Positions 51,615 through 62,581 of a DNA stretch of 64,000 nucleotides are shown one piece after another. How positions within the stretch are numbered: the first letter of the stretch is position 1; every line of letters starts with the position of its first letter. Origin of the DNA: a virus (Duplodnaviria > Heunggongvirae > Uroviricota > Caudoviricetes). Location: IMG/VR virus record IMGVR_UViG_3300035515_000158; one strand, written 5' to 3'. The position numbers and the translations under genes were made by a program. Under the pieces are notes generated by a model. That model was not told the origin of the DNA, made no database searches, and was given only the letters and a program-made list of their open reading frames with translations.

Positions 51615-53204
51615 ATGGACAATGTAAATAAAAATATGCTCAACTTGATTGCCAGTTATAAAAAGACAGGTCAATCGGATGAAGTCATCAGACAATCTTT
51701 GTGGCAATTAGGTATGATTCCTGAAATTATTGAATCACATTTGGACTATTATAACAAACATACAGCCACAGTTGATAAGGATATAAATAATATAGTAAAT
51801 AAGAATAAAGATATGAAATTAACTTTGGAAAGTTTACATACTAATGTTCAAAAGACAATTTCAACTTTGGAAGAAATGAAATCTGACAATAGTCTTGCAT
51901 TCTCCGCTACTACTGCTAAGAATATCATTGAGAATTGTATGTCTCAACTTCAAATTACCAAAGATGATGAATTAGTCTTACAAGAAAAAATTAAAGCTGG
52001 TTATAAGATTGATGATAATCTTGTAAATCCTGTTTTGAAATATACTGTGACTGAAAAACTATACACATCACTTGCACAATTTGATTGGTTAAAACCTGTA
52101 TCTGATTTGAGAGAGATGATTTCTGAGTCATTTGTTGGTGATAGATGGAGTTATGTTGCCTCTAAATTCGCAAAGTCAATCGCTGGTCAAACTTCAAATG
52201 ATGCTTTTGCCAATTTATATGAAAGTCTTATTGACACATTAGTAAGTTCAGAAAATACTCGTAACACTCTTAAAGGTGTATTACTTGAAAACTCTTGGAA
52301 TAGAGAAGGTAAGAAAATCCTTGGTATGATTATCGTTGAGGAAAAATCTGAATTAGGTCAAGTAGATGAAAGAATTTATGAAAACTCAAATTGTAGTTTC
52401 AAGAAAAATCTAACACCTCTATTGAAAGATGATGACAAGATTGTATTTAACCTCAATGGTAAAAACTACTTATTTGATGGGAATACAATGTCTGAAGTAA
52501 ATGTAACAGATAGACGTTATTGTAATGTTCTTGAAGGTCTGAACATTATGAAATACGAAGCAGATAAAGACCGTCTTGTTTATTATGGTAAGAATAATAT
52601 GGTTCTTGAATATGACTGTACAAATGACAAGATTGGTTTAACTGGTGTAGAAGACATCAATGACCGTTCTATTATTGAAATATATGAAACTTTGAAGAAA
52701 TGTGGTATCTTCGACAGAGATACGATTAAATATTGTGAACCTCTTGTTAAATTCTTTGAAAGTAAGGATATGTTGAAAAACCTTGACATCATAACCACAG
52801 TTCAACACAATAACTTCGCTGGTCTATTTGTAAGTGTAATTAGTGTGAATGAAGGTGTTTATGTTAACAAAGTAAACAAACCTATGGGTTATAACGAGTT
52901 GGTTCTTTGTGAAAATGCTAAGAAAGCTTGTGATGTAATTAAAGACTTTATGAAATATGATGCAACTGTCATTCTTGAAGACCGTTTGAAACTTGAAGGT
53001 GAACAACAAGCTATCATTGAATCAGAAAGAAATGAAATCAAAGACACACTAAGTTTCCTAAATGAAGAAAGAAATAAACTAATCTCAGCAATCCAAGAAA
53101 CCAATAATGATGGTCAATTAAAGGAAGCTCTAAAATTAGTAGAAAGTGAAATTCATAAATTTGAAAAGAAACTTCAAGAAAGTTATAATGTAAAAAAAAA
53201 GTAA
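51615..53204 (+). CDS. Late (probably structural) protein ending at a slippery site
   Basis: CATAAATA at 51583; C-terminal coiled coil; ends A AAA AAG TAA. Confidence 0.75.
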   Translation: MDNVNKNMLNLIASYKKTGQSDEVIRQSLWQLGMIPEIIESHLDYYNKHTATVDKDINNIVNKNKDMKLTLESLHTNVQKTISTLEEMKSDNSLAFSATTAKNIIENCMSQLQITKDDELVLQEKIKAGYKIDDNLVNPVLKYTVTEKLYTSLAQFDWLKPVSDLREMISESFVGDRWSYVASKFAKSIAGQTSNDAFANLYESLIDTLVSSENTRNTLKGVLLENSWNREGKKILGMIIVEEKSELGQVDERIYENSNCSFKKNLTPLLKDDDKIVFNLNGKNYLFDGNTMSEVNVTDRRYCNVLEGLNIMKYEADKDRLVYYGKNNMVLEYDCTNDKIGLTGVEDINDRSIIEIYETLKKCGIFDRDTIKYCEPLVKFFESKDMLKNLDIITTVQHNNFAGLFVSVISVNEGVYVNKVNKPMGYNELVLCENAKKACDVIKDFMKYDATVILEDRLKLEGEQQAIIESERNEIKDTLSFLNEERNKLISAIQETNNDGQLKEALKLVESEIHKFEKKLQESYNVKKK

Positions 53205-53446
53205 ATGAAACTTTTCTTGATGATAAAGTAGATCCTAAGTTTTTAGAGTTTGATGAAAAGAAGATGAAGAAAAATGGATTTATTGAAGTAGTTGCGACAA
53301 AAGATATTGATGAACTTAAAAAAGGTGATAAAGTTTTTGTTAGTTCAACTGAGTTTGGTCAATTAGATGATGATGCCGTAGTTACTTGTTATAAAGGTAA
53401 AAAAGAATTATTTATACCTAAGAATAGTTTAGAAATTACAAAATAG
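53201..53446 (+). CDS. -1 frame extension of 51615..53204 (includes ORF 53264..53446)
   Basis: Frame open from 53201 (VNETFLDDKVDPKF...) to TAG at 53446. Confidence 0.6.
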   Translation, partial: VNETFLDDKVDPKFLEFDEKKMKKNGFIEVVATKDIDELKKGDKVFVSSTEFGQLDDDAVVTCYKGKKELFIPKNSLEITK

Positions 53447-53451
53447 TTAAG

Positions 53452-53484
53452 AAAGTCAGGGAATTTTAACGTTTCCTGACTTTT
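53452..53484 (+). terminator. Intrinsic terminator overlapping the next promoter
   Basis: AAAGTCAGGGAA...TTTCCTGACTTTT, running into TTTGTTATATTTA. Confidence 0.7.
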
Positions 53485-53520
53485 GTTATATTTAATACAG
53501 ATATATCTTAACACACGAAA

Positions 53521-53895
53521 ATGAGTAAAAAGAGTAAGAAATATCTAAACAGTGAGGACTTAAAAGAGGAGATTCTAAAATGTAAAGATTCTAAGATTGC
53601 GAGTGAAAAACTTGGAAGGATGTTTCAAATATTAGTTGAAAACGTTTCGAGAAGTTTCTACTGGGAAAATCCTGCGGATGGTGATGATTGTAAGGCTAAT
53701 GCTTTATTTGACTTGTGTAATAACTTTTGGAAATATGAACCGGAGAATGGAAATGCTTTTAGTTTTTGTTCTCAGATTTGTTTCTTTGGTATTGCGGGAG
53801 CTCACAGAATATTACATCCCAAAAAATATGAAGGCACAATATCTCTAACTTGTTTAGATTCAAATGGTAAAAATTTTGATATGTATAATATCTAA
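53521..53895 (+). CDS. gp55: Late-transcription sigma factor
   Basis: YLNSEDL..EI, LGRMFQILVEN, KYEPENGNAFSFCSQI (cf. NAFAYFTQI). Confidence 0.8.
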   Translation: MSKKSKKYLNSEDLKEEILKCKDSKIASEKLGRMFQILVENVSRSFYWENPADGDDCKANALFDLCNNFWKYEPENGNAFSFCSQICFFGIAGAHRILHPKKYEGTISLTCLDSNGKNFDMYNI

Positions 53896-53965
53896 TTATC
53901 AGGGGGGTTATCCTCCTGATTTTTTTTCATAAATACCTATATAAGTACAATGTAGATTTAACAAC

Positions 53966-55255
53966 ATGAATCCAAAGTTATTCTCTAATGATAACATAAC
54001 AGGTAACTCTTTAATTGGTTTTGAGATTAAAGGTGTTTTTAAGGATGATGAAAATGTGTTATTAGAAAAACTCAAAGATATTCTAAATCGAAACATTACA
54101 TATTCAAATAATGATTATAGATTACTCGAACCATCTGACCTCGCGGCAGTTGTTATGAAAAGTAATTCATCATATATCATCAAGACACCAATGTATTCTT
54201 ATTTTGAAGCGATTTATGTCATGCCCAGAATAATGGAATACATGAAAAATCTTAAACATTATAAAAATTCACATCTATATATTAAGATTGGATTTAATAA
54301 TGATTTTCTTGATTTATCCAAACTCAATATACTGAAATTCATTTTTGAGTTTAAGGAAGATGTAATATTAAAAGATTTAGGTGATATAACAAAGAAAACA
54401 AACATCAAAAAATTATCAGACCTAAAACCGAATACATTGTTAAGTTGTAATGATAATATCCAAAAACAAGTTGAGACATATCGTTTCTTGACACCGGAAG
54501 AAGATAATTTTGGTATTTCATTCGCTGACCTTAATAATGGTTATATTCTTTTCAAATACCCACAAGATATTAACTATCGTGATAAATGGGAAGAAATACT
54601 CAAAGACATGAATCACACTATCGTCACATTATATAATACTACTACAAATGATAAGTTTGACGATAAGGAAATTGAAAAAATAGATAAACTCAACAAATCA
54701 TTCCATGACTATGCTACTGCGTTTGGATGTTATGAAATGTTCTTGAATAGATTTAAGTCAATTAAGTTAACAGTTGACCTTAATAATGATAAAGCTGTTG
54801 TTGATACTATTTTCTCATCTATCAGGGAAAAATTATTCAACATTACAATTTATAACAATATTACTGATGTTAACATTAATTATGACACTGATGTTTCAAA
54901 GTTACAAATACAAAACATTGACTTAAAGAACTGTTATCACATAGATGGTATTGACATTGTAAACTGTGATATTATTGAGTCATATATTAAAGAGTGTGAT
55001 TTGTATGACTGTAACATCAAAGACAGTCAAATTGATAAATGTAGTTTATTTGGATATGCTAATGCTAATGATTCTAAATTTAAGGATTGTTACATTAGTC
55101 AAAACATTAAACTCAAAGATTGTGATGTAAAAGGAGCTTTAGGTAAAATGGGTGGAACTATGATTGGTGGTAGTTTAGAAGATACCACAGTTTTAGTTGA
55201 CTTAGCTGACATTCATGACAATGTTGAAAAAGATAATGTAAATGAAATTAAATAA
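53966..55255 (+). CDS. Hypothetical late protein (amidoligase-like N-terminus, beta-solenoid C-terminus)
   Basis: IGFEI near N-terminus; IxxC/S pentapeptide-like repeats; CATAAATA at 53928. Confidence 0.5.
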   Translation: MNPKLFSNDNITGNSLIGFEIKGVFKDDENVLLEKLKDILNRNITYSNNDYRLLEPSDLAAVVMKSNSSYIIKTPMYSYFEAIYVMPRIMEYMKNLKHYKNSHLYIKIGFNNDFLDLSKLNILKFIFEFKEDVILKDLGDITKKTNIKKLSDLKPNTLLSCNDNIQKQVETYRFLTPEEDNFGISFADLNNGYILFKYPQDINYRDKWEEILKDMNHTIVTLYNTTTNDKFDDKEIEKIDKLNKSFHDYATAFGCYEMFLNRFKSIKLTVDLNNDKAVVDTIFSSIREKLFNITIYNNITDVNINYDTDVSKLQIQNIDLKNCYHIDGIDIVNCDIIESYIKECDLYDCNIKDSQIDKCSLFGYANANDSKFKDCYISQNIKLKDCDVKGALGKMGGTMIGGSLEDTTVLVDLADIHDNVEKDNVNEIK

Positions 55256-55620
55256 TGGCAAATCTAAAAGAGATATATTGTATTCCTGCTAATGAAAGTA
55301 GATATGTTTCAAATACTGTTGAAATCACATCAGAATTAGATACAATCATTCAACAAGTGGATTTATTATTATTCACAAACAAAGGTGATGTATTACTGAT
55401 GCCTGAATTTGGTTGTAATTTGGAAAAATATCTCTTTGAAACAACTTGGAATGAAACCGCTATTAAACAGATGATACAAGAACAAATCAGAAATTACATC
55501 TATCTCGAAGGAAGTTATACAGTTGATGTTGATGTTAATTTCTACAAATGGGATTTCAATGTGGCAATGGTGGTTGACCTAAATATCAACAACACAAAGG
55601 TGGCGAGTTATCTGGTTTAA
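55255..55620 (+). CDS. gp25: gp25-like baseplate protein
   Basis: LLFTNKGDVLLMPEFGCNLEKYLFE. Confidence 0.85.
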   Translation: MANLKEIYCIPANESRYVSNTVEITSELDTIIQQVDLLLFTNKGDVLLMPEFGCNLEKYLFETTWNETAIKQMIQEQIRNYIYLEGSYTVDVDVNFYKWDFNVAMVVDLNINNTKVASYLV

Positions 55621-55686
55621 CAATATATAAGGAGGAAAGTCAAATTCCTCCTTTTTTCATAAATACCTATATAATCATTACTTTAG

Positions 55687-57459
55687 ATGGCTACATTTTT
55701 TTCAAAGTTAAGACTTACTGCTTCCAATATAATGGAACAGGCCGTTAATTTTCTTTATGAAAAATATGACCAAGCAACTCATGTGTTCACTCCCGCGAGT
55801 CCATTTGGTCAGTTATTGGTTGTAATTGCTAACATTTCAGAATTAATATTTACTTATATATCACACACCGCTGAGGAATTAAATATTCAAACGGCTCAGA
55901 ATATTGAAACAATACATGGTCTATCCAGATTAACCGGACATGATCCATACAGAGGTGCCAGTGCTTATGGTTCATTCGCGATAAAGATTAACACTTCTTC
56001 TGATTTAATTGATGGTAATTATCTTATCATTAACAATTTCACAAGATTTATTATCAAGGAAACAGGTCAAACTTACATTATGAACTTACCACATGATTAT
56101 ATAAAATTACAAGTGGGTTCTACTGATTTTACAACAGTTCAGTTCATACAAGGTGAAGTTGAATCACAAACCTTTACATCGAGTGGTGAAGCTCTACAAA
56201 CATTTAATCCTGTTATCTCAGGTATGACAGATAATGATAATGTTACGATTACTGTTAATGGTGAACAATGGAGAAAGGTAATGAGTTTATATGATATGCC
56301 TGCTGATGATGGTGAGGATGCTTGTAAATGTTTCATGGTTAAGACCTCTGTTAATGTTGGTCTAACTGTTATCTTTGGTAATGGTAACTTCGGTAAAATT
56401 CCACCAAAGGGTTCATCTATCATAATCACATATATAAAAACAGCGGGTAGTGCCGGTAATGCATATTCTACTGGTTTGAATTATAACTTCTTAGATGCTG
56501 GTCAAGATGAATCAGGTAATGATGTTGATTTGAATAATGTGATTACTGTTGAAACAATTTATCCACCTTTGATGGGTGCCGATTATGAGGATCCAGAATT
56601 TACTAAGTTGATTGCACCTAAGACAAGTAAATCAATGGTCTTGGCTACTCCTGAAAGTTATGTTAATTTCTTATCAAAGTATAATCAATATTCTTTCATA
56701 TATGCTTACAATACAAAAGATGATGATAACATATATGATGATAATGTGATATATCTAAAGGTATTCCCTAACATTAAAAAGAAATTAACATCAACACAAG
56801 ATTACTTTGAACTAACAACAGCTGACTTCTTATTAACAAGTGATGAAAAGGAAGTGTTAGAAGATGCCATTATTAACTCAGGACAAATGTTGGTTAATAC
56901 AGAGATTTCAATTATAGACCCTGTGATTAATCGTTTTATTATAAATGTCATAATTCGTTATTTTGAAAACTCAGATATAAATGCAATTAAGACAGACATT
57001 AGACAACAAATGAGTAATTATTTCCTGAATATAAACAGAAATGACATCATCCCTCTATCTGATTTAATTGCATTGGTAGAAGGTATTGATGGTGTTGATA
57101 CTTGTGATATATTCTTCATCAATGAGAAAAATGAGGAAGCAATTAAAAACAGAGGATATATGTCAACAACAAGTACATGGGATAATCTTCAATATGTAAC
57201 AACTGAAAAATGGGTTTACATATCAGGTGATGATGACCCCGGTTTAGGATTTGATTCATTTGGTAATATTGTTGTTGATGAAAATACCATATGTATCCCA
57301 AGAGGTGGATGGAGTGATAGAGATGGTAATTACTATTCTGAAACACCACAAACAGGTTCACTCGGTCCCCTTAATATATTCTTCTTGGATAAAGTTGAAT
57401 ATTCCGCTTACAATAGAAATATGCAAAAGAAACTAACAGACCTACTTAAAAATAGTTAA
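55687..57459 (+). CDS. gp6: gp6-like baseplate wedge protein
   Basis: IQTAQN..TIHGLSRLTGH, VIFGNGNFGKIP, GADYED, LATPESY. Confidence 0.8.
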   Translation: MATFFSKLRLTASNIMEQAVNFLYEKYDQATHVFTPASPFGQLLVVIANISELIFTYISHTAEELNIQTAQNIETIHGLSRLTGHDPYRGASAYGSFAIKINTSSDLIDGNYLIINNFTRFIIKETGQTYIMNLPHDYIKLQVGSTDFTTVQFIQGEVESQTFTSSGEALQTFNPVISGMTDNDNVTITVNGEQWRKVMSLYDMPADDGEDACKCFMVKTSVNVGLTVIFGNGNFGKIPPKGSSIIITYIKTAGSAGNAYSTGLNYNFLDAGQDESGNDVDLNNVITVETIYPPLMGADYEDPEFTKLIAPKTSKSMVLATPESYVNFLSKYNQYSFIYAYNTKDDDNIYDDNVIYLKVFPNIKKKLTSTQDYFELTTADFLLTSDEKEVLEDAIINSGQMLVNTEISIIDPVINRFIINVIIRYFENSDINAIKTDIRQQMSNYFLNINRNDIIPLSDLIALVEGIDGVDTCDIFFINEKNEEAIKNRGYMSTTSTWDNLQYVTTEKWVYISGDDDPGLGFDSFGNIVVDENTICIPRGGWSDRDGNYYSETPQTGSLGPLNIFFLDKVEYSAYNRNMQKKLTDLLKNS

Positions 57460-57461
57460 TT

Positions 57462-57746
57462 ATGGATACATCAAAAATATCAGACGTAAATCTAAACAAC
57501 TATAAAGGATTTGATTCTTTATATGACTATGTTGATGAATATGGATGGGAACTCAAAAATAAAGGTTTTGATTATGAAAATAACCTAATGGAAGTATCAA
57601 CAAGTAAATACCTCCAAAAGAACCCAACTATGAAAAGTTTCTTCCCATATTTGAATAAGATGATGTCTCATTTAATTAATAGTGTAAAATACCTCAGAAA
57701 TTTCAATAACTGGGCTGTTAAAAAAGATTACAAATACATAAACTAA
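57462..57746 (+). CDS. Hypothetical baseplate-operon protein
   Basis: Translationally coupled ORF between structural genes. Confidence 0.6.
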   Translation: MDTSKISDVNLNNYKGFDSLYDYVDEYGWELKNKGFDYENNLMEVSTSKYLQKNPTMKSFFPYLNKMMSHLINSVKYLRNFNNWAVKKDYKYIN

Positions 57747-60700
57747 TGGAGGTTAAGAATTTACATTTTTTTGATAATTCAGGATATGAATTGAATTTTG
57801 AGTGGAATGAAAATCTAAGTTCTTGGGAAGGTAATGTTTATCTTCCTAAAGTAAGTCTTGGTCTTTATTCTAACACGACTATATACATATTAGAGGAAAT
57901 TCAGGAAACTGTTGAGTATGGTGAATTTGAAAAACACAAAGAGGAAACAACATCTCGATTTGTATTTCCAAGAAGAACCAAAAATACAGGTGATGATAAA
58001 TTAATGATTCAATGGGATGTGTTGAATGAATATGTGGATGAATTTTTTATGTTCACATTTGATGAAACATATAGACCAACGGAAACATCAGCCTTAACTT
58101 TCACACCTAATGATGGTCCGAGTTGTGAGACCTTACTACTCAACAGATTTGACACATATGAAATACCTTTGGATGGAACAACTCTCGATAGTGAAGATTG
58201 TGACACACCTATTCCTATCCATGTTGCATTTTCATCACCAGACCAATACAATGCAACAACTTTCAAAAGGTCATTAATTATATACTATGATCACAAAGAA
58301 ATTGCTCGTATTACTTTCTATGCAGAGACAGTTGAAGAAGATGAGAGATTAAAAATATGGAATCACAACTTAGGTTATAATATCACAAAGGATGATGCAC
58401 TTCTTTTCTATGATGCTGATATTAAAGAAGGTAAACCAGACTATATGTTATTAAATCAAAAACGTAAGGAATTACTTATTGAAGGTCATAACATATATCC
58501 TTACATTGGTTCTTACAAGGCACTCTTAAACGTCATTAAATTCTTTGGTTATAACAACCTAAACATTATTGAGTTTTGGAAGAATATTAACCCAGATGAT
58601 GATGGATTTGGTAAAGTATATATAAGTAAAAAATATACACTTAGTGAAGATGGTTGTGTTCACTTAAAAAACACAGAAATTAAGTTACCTAATAAGAACT
58701 ACACTAAGTTAAATAAATTAGCACTGTCATACACTATCAATACTCCAACAACAGAAGTAGATTTGTATGAATTACCATATATCAAAGAAAGTTTTACATA
58801 CACAATAGAAGAAGTATTAGTTAAACTCTTTGCCTTGTGTCAAAAACTAAATAAGGAATTTCTACCTCTTAACACCAGAATCATCGACATCATGGGTGAA
58901 GGTAGTTATTTTGGTATTCAATTATTTAAGAATGGGTTTTCATATTCAACAGTAGAGTATGATAGAGATGAAACACAAGTATCTATTGATTGTTATCCAT
59001 CTAGTATTGTTCACATTTCGGATGACCAATATTTCAATGATTATATATTGAGAAAGAAAAGTGAGAAATCAAATAGTAGAGTAGAAACCGAAACGATATT
59101 AAATAGTATCAAAGATGTAACATTAGCTGATTTTGATAACTTTAATGAACAAATAATTACAACAACAGATATTAACACTTTAGGTTTATCAGAATCTAAG
59201 AAATGTGAGTTATATAAAGAATATTACAATCGTTTGACTTATACCTTTAGAGAAACTGAAGATATAGTAGATAATGATATATATGATTCTGTTCCTCCTG
59301 AAATTCTTGACCAACCTGTCACTTCACCGGGTGCGGAAAATGAAGACTATAACATTACCATCGCTCCCATGAATAAACTTGGAACAGGTATCTCAGCCAA
59401 GGTTATTTTGACCAATACAACATTTGAAAACATGACATTTGATGATTTTCAATGTGCGTTTATGTTTGTTGGTCAGTCATTCGATTCAACAGTAGGTACA
59501 TCTGATTTCCAATATGACTACGAATATTCAGTAAGAACAAATGAAGATGGTTCATATGCATATAACACTAATGACTTAAATCATGGTCAAAAACAAAAAA
59601 TAAAAACCATGATAGAATGGAAAGTTATTTTCTCTGATGACCAAGATGATGATGACTTAAAAGATGCAGAAAGAGCAGAGTATTACAACACAGTCAAAGA
59701 ATTATATGAAGAAACTAATGACCCTGTTTTAGAAGGATTATTGGATTGGACACCTCGATTGAATGAAGTCTTAGAAGAACAAAATAGAACCATGTATCAA
59801 CCTAAGAATGAAAAGGGTGATGAAGGAATGGTGACTAAAAAATTCTCGGCTGTCAAATATGGAACTTCTACTGAAATGAACTCTGTTTTATTTGAACTTC
59901 CATACACCGGATATTATGATGTATATATGACTATTCTAAAATATGCGGTTGATGATGAAGGTAAAATTATCAATAGTAATGTCCCGGTAAATGGATATGA
60001 ACCCCATGTATTCAAAAAATATATAAAGGTCGAACCATATAATGTTGATATAAGAGGTTTCTACTATGATGCCAGAGATATTGTTAAAAACTCTCACAAC
60101 TCTTATTTTGACAATTACTATGATGATGAAAGTGCAAATGGATATGAGGATCTTATACTTAGAAAAATTGATGAGTTTACGAAATTTGCACTGGAAGATA
60201 TCAATAGATTTGACACAATATCTGACTATGGATATGATTTAACCGTAGTAAGAAACCCCTCAAAGAATAGAGATATTTATCATATTGGGGATGGTCCCTA
60301 TGGTAAAGGCAATTTCAAATCGGCAGACTATTACATTCAAGATAGAGTTTTGGTTCTTGATAATATTGATGATGATATTGTTAAACTAATACCCAATCTG
60401 AACACTGCAAAGAAAGCAAGATATATTAAAAATGGTGTTGATGTTAAACCTTACACTTGGATATTCTTAACTTTTGATTTCAGTAAAATAGTCCACCGAA
60501 GCCGACCAGTATGGACATTGATAAACAAGTCGACTAAATCTAAAATAACATATACAGGTAAATACTTCACTTGTTTACTTAGAAATGAAGGTTTATATAG
60601 TGTATCATTAACTTTGTATGATGAAAATAATAATGAATATTCTACAACCAGAAATCTTATTGTTGTAGATAACCAAGCTAACTATAAACTATATACTCCA

Positions 60701-61255
60701 TTCAATGAAGACTATCAGGCATATCTCGATGAACAAGAGTATAAAGATGAAATTAAATTACTGGATGAATTGAATGATAATCAAATTATTGGTGACAATG
60801 AAGATGAGTATTATTTCAATATTGATAAATTAATTTCTATTGATAAAAATGGAGAAGTTACAGAAATGACCAATCCAAGTTCAAGATTAACTGTTAAGGA
60901 TGGAACATATGTTGGTTGGTCTTATGATGATCCACTCAATTTAACACAGTTCCAAAAGATATGTGTTAACTTTAGTTCAAATCAAGATGGTATTTCATTA
61001 GTCATACGTTCAAAAACAAATGATGGTAATAATCATGATTGTGTATATACTCTTGCAAAACATGACACCACAGATTCAGATGAATACAATAATTTAATGA
61101 TTGACCTAAATATAGAAGAACTCATTAATGATAATCCAGATGTTGATTTCCAAAATGTTAAATATATTTTATTCACTACACCAAATAAAGGTGGTAAGAG
61201 TGAGTTTGATATTGATATTGTATATTTGGCTTATGATAATGGATTTGTTGATTGA
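57746..61255 (+). CDS. Large structural (baseplate gp7-like?) protein
   Basis: IYPYIGSYKALLNVIKFFGY motif; follows gp25/gp6; PKD-like GLYSVSLTLYD. Confidence 0.6.
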   Translation: MEVKNLHFFDNSGYELNFEWNENLSSWEGNVYLPKVSLGLYSNTTIYILEEIQETVEYGEFEKHKEETTSRFVFPRRTKNTGDDKLMIQWDVLNEYVDEFFMFTFDETYRPTETSALTFTPNDGPSCETLLLNRFDTYEIPLDGTTLDSEDCDTPIPIHVAFSSPDQYNATTFKRSLIIYYDHKEIARITFYAETVEEDERLKIWNHNLGYNITKDDALLFYDADIKEGKPDYMLLNQKRKELLIEGHNIYPYIGSYKALLNVIKFFGYNNLNIIEFWKNINPDDDGFGKVYISKKYTLSEDGCVHLKNTEIKLPNKNYTKLNKLALSYTINTPTTEVDLYELPYIKESFTYTIEEVLVKLFALCQKLNKEFLPLNTRIIDIMGEGSYFGIQLFKNGFSYSTVEYDRDETQVSIDCYPSSIVHISDDQYFNDYILRKKSEKSNSRVETETILNSIKDVTLADFDNFNEQIITTTDINTLGLSESKKCELYKEYYNRLTYTFRETEDIVDNDIYDSVPPEILDQPVTSPGAENEDYNITIAPMNKLGTGISAKVILTNTTFENMTFDDFQCAFMFVGQSFDSTVGTSDFQYDYEYSVRTNEDGSYAYNTNDLNHGQKQKIKTMIEWKVIFSDDQDDDDLKDAERAEYYNTVKELYEETNDPVLEGLLDWTPRLNEVLEEQNRTMYQPKNEKGDEGMVTKKFSAVKYGTSTEMNSVLFELPYTGYYDVYMTILKYAVDDEGKIINSNVPVNGYEPHVFKKYIKVEPYNVDIRGFYYDARDIVKNSHNSYFDNYYDDESANGYEDLILRKIDEFTKFALEDINRFDTISDYGYDLTVVRNPSKNRDIYHIGDGPYGKGNFKSADYYIQDRVLVLDNIDDDIVKLIPNLNTAKKARYIKNGVDVKPYTWIFLTFDFSKIVHRSRPVWTLINKSTKSKITYTGKYFTCLLRNEGLYSVSLTLYDENNNEYSTTRNLIVVDNQANYKLYTPFNEDYQAYLDEQEYKDEIKLLDELNDNQIIGDNEDEYYFNIDKLISIDKNGEVTEMTNPSSRLTVKDGTYVGWSYDDPLNLTQFQKICVNFSSNQDGISLVIRSKTNDGNNHDCVYTLAKHDTTDSDEYNNLMIDLNIEELINDNPDVDFQNVKYILFTTPNKGGKSEFDIDIVYLAYDNGFVD

Positions 61256-61292
61256 TAATAACATAAATAACTATATAAATTAATTTATAAAA

Positions 61293-61934
61293 ATGGCAGA
61301 CATTTACAATAATGAAGATGACACTTTACTGGTTCCAGAAGTTCCGGTTGATGTCAATACCGCAGATGTAGTTCCTGAATTACCTTTACCTGCGGTAGAA
61401 CCTGAATGTTGTGGAGAGGCTGGTCTTGTTGCTGACTGTGCTCCAACCATTGAATCTTTCTTTGGAACATTACAGGAAGCAGTTACAATTATTTGGAGAT
61501 ATCATTTGAAAACATCCAAATATTCATATCATCAAACACTACATGAATTATATCATGACATTCTTTGGAAAGTTGATAGACTTATTGAACTATACCAAGG
61601 AATACATGGTTTGGTTAATGACTATATAAATGTTATCATTCCTTGTGGTAAATCTGAAACTGTTTATCTCAGTGAACTACGAGATTTCATTAGAGTTTCA
61701 AGAGAATCATTAATCCCTAAAACTGAAACAGAATTGTGGTCATTGATTGATGATTTACTTTCTTCGATTGATAGTGCCAAGTATAAGATTGACACATTTG
61801 TAGAATCACCCATTAAAACTTTTGAATCATTCTGTTATGAAAATCTAAATTCTCTTAATGAATGTGGTTGTAATGGTGATGACTGTGATTACACTGATGA
61901 TGAAATCACAGATGAAGATGAGGAAGAAGAATAA
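61293..61934 (+). CDS. Ferritin/Dps-like (DUF5856-like) protein with acidic ends
   Basis: YHLKT...HQTLHELY...VDRLIELYQG. Confidence 0.6.
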   Translation: MADIYNNEDDTLLVPEVPVDVNTADVVPELPLPAVEPECCGEAGLVADCAPTIESFFGTLQEAVTIIWRYHLKTSKYSYHQTLHELYHDILWKVDRLIELYQGIHGLVNDYINVIIPCGKSETVYLSELRDFIRVSRESLIPKTETELWSLIDDLLSSIDSAKYKIDTFVESPIKTFESFCYENLNSLNECGCNGDDCDYTDDEITDEDEEEE

Positions 61935-61956
61935 AAAAAATCCTATTATAAACAGA

Positions 61957-61990
61957 AAATCCAGAGATGTTTAAGTCTCTGGATTTTTTT
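61957..61990. terminator. Bidirectional intrinsic terminator
   Basis: AAAATCCAGAGA...TCTCTGGATTTT. Confidence 0.8.
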
Positions 61991-62555
61991 ATATTCTTGA
62001 AGGTTCTAAAACAATATCAACTTTATTGGCCTTCCATGTTGTATTAAATAGTTTTTGGTCAATTTCATTTGAACTATAATCAAATTCAAGACCATCAATT
62101 CCGGTAAATAACAAATCTTCAAATGTAACTCGATAAACAACTCTGTCATACATATCTAATATCTCCATACCCGGAGGTTTAGGTAGATACTTTTCTTTTA
62201 TGACATAGTAATGGATGAATAAGTCACATAGAATAAACCAAATTAAATACATTGAATCCAACTGAAATGCAATGGTCATATCCTTCTTCCATAGGAAATC
62301 AGGAACTGCATCAGAACGAGATATACGACCATATGGGGTTGCTCTATCTACTTGTTCAATAGGTTCATAATTATTTGGATTAACTTGTAACTGAACATTC
62401 TTTATTGAAAAGTTAATAAAATCAATTACAGTTTCACACATACACCCCGGAATTGTTTTTAGTAAAGGTGTATATTTCTTTTCAATTTCTTCAGGAACGA
62501 AAATCTTAGGAAAATGAAATTTAAAGTTGTTATTCTTTCCACTTAAAAAAGCCAT
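61989..62555 (-). CDS. Tail tube-like / tail completion protein
   Basis: 188 aa, beta-rich, VTFEDLLFTGIDGLEFDYS; late promoter at 62579. Confidence 0.45.
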   Translation of the reverse strand: MAFLSGKNNNFKFHFPKIFVPEEIEKKYTPLLKTIPGCMCETVIDFINFSIKNVQLQVNPNNYEPIEQVDRATPYGRISRSDAVPDFLWKKDMTIAFQLDSMYLIWFILCDLFIHYYVIKEKYLPKPPGMEILDMYDRVVYRVTFEDLLFTGIDGLEFDYSSNEIDQKLFNTTWKANKVDIVLEPSRI

Positions 62556-62581
62556 CTATATAAAATCACATATATAGATAT

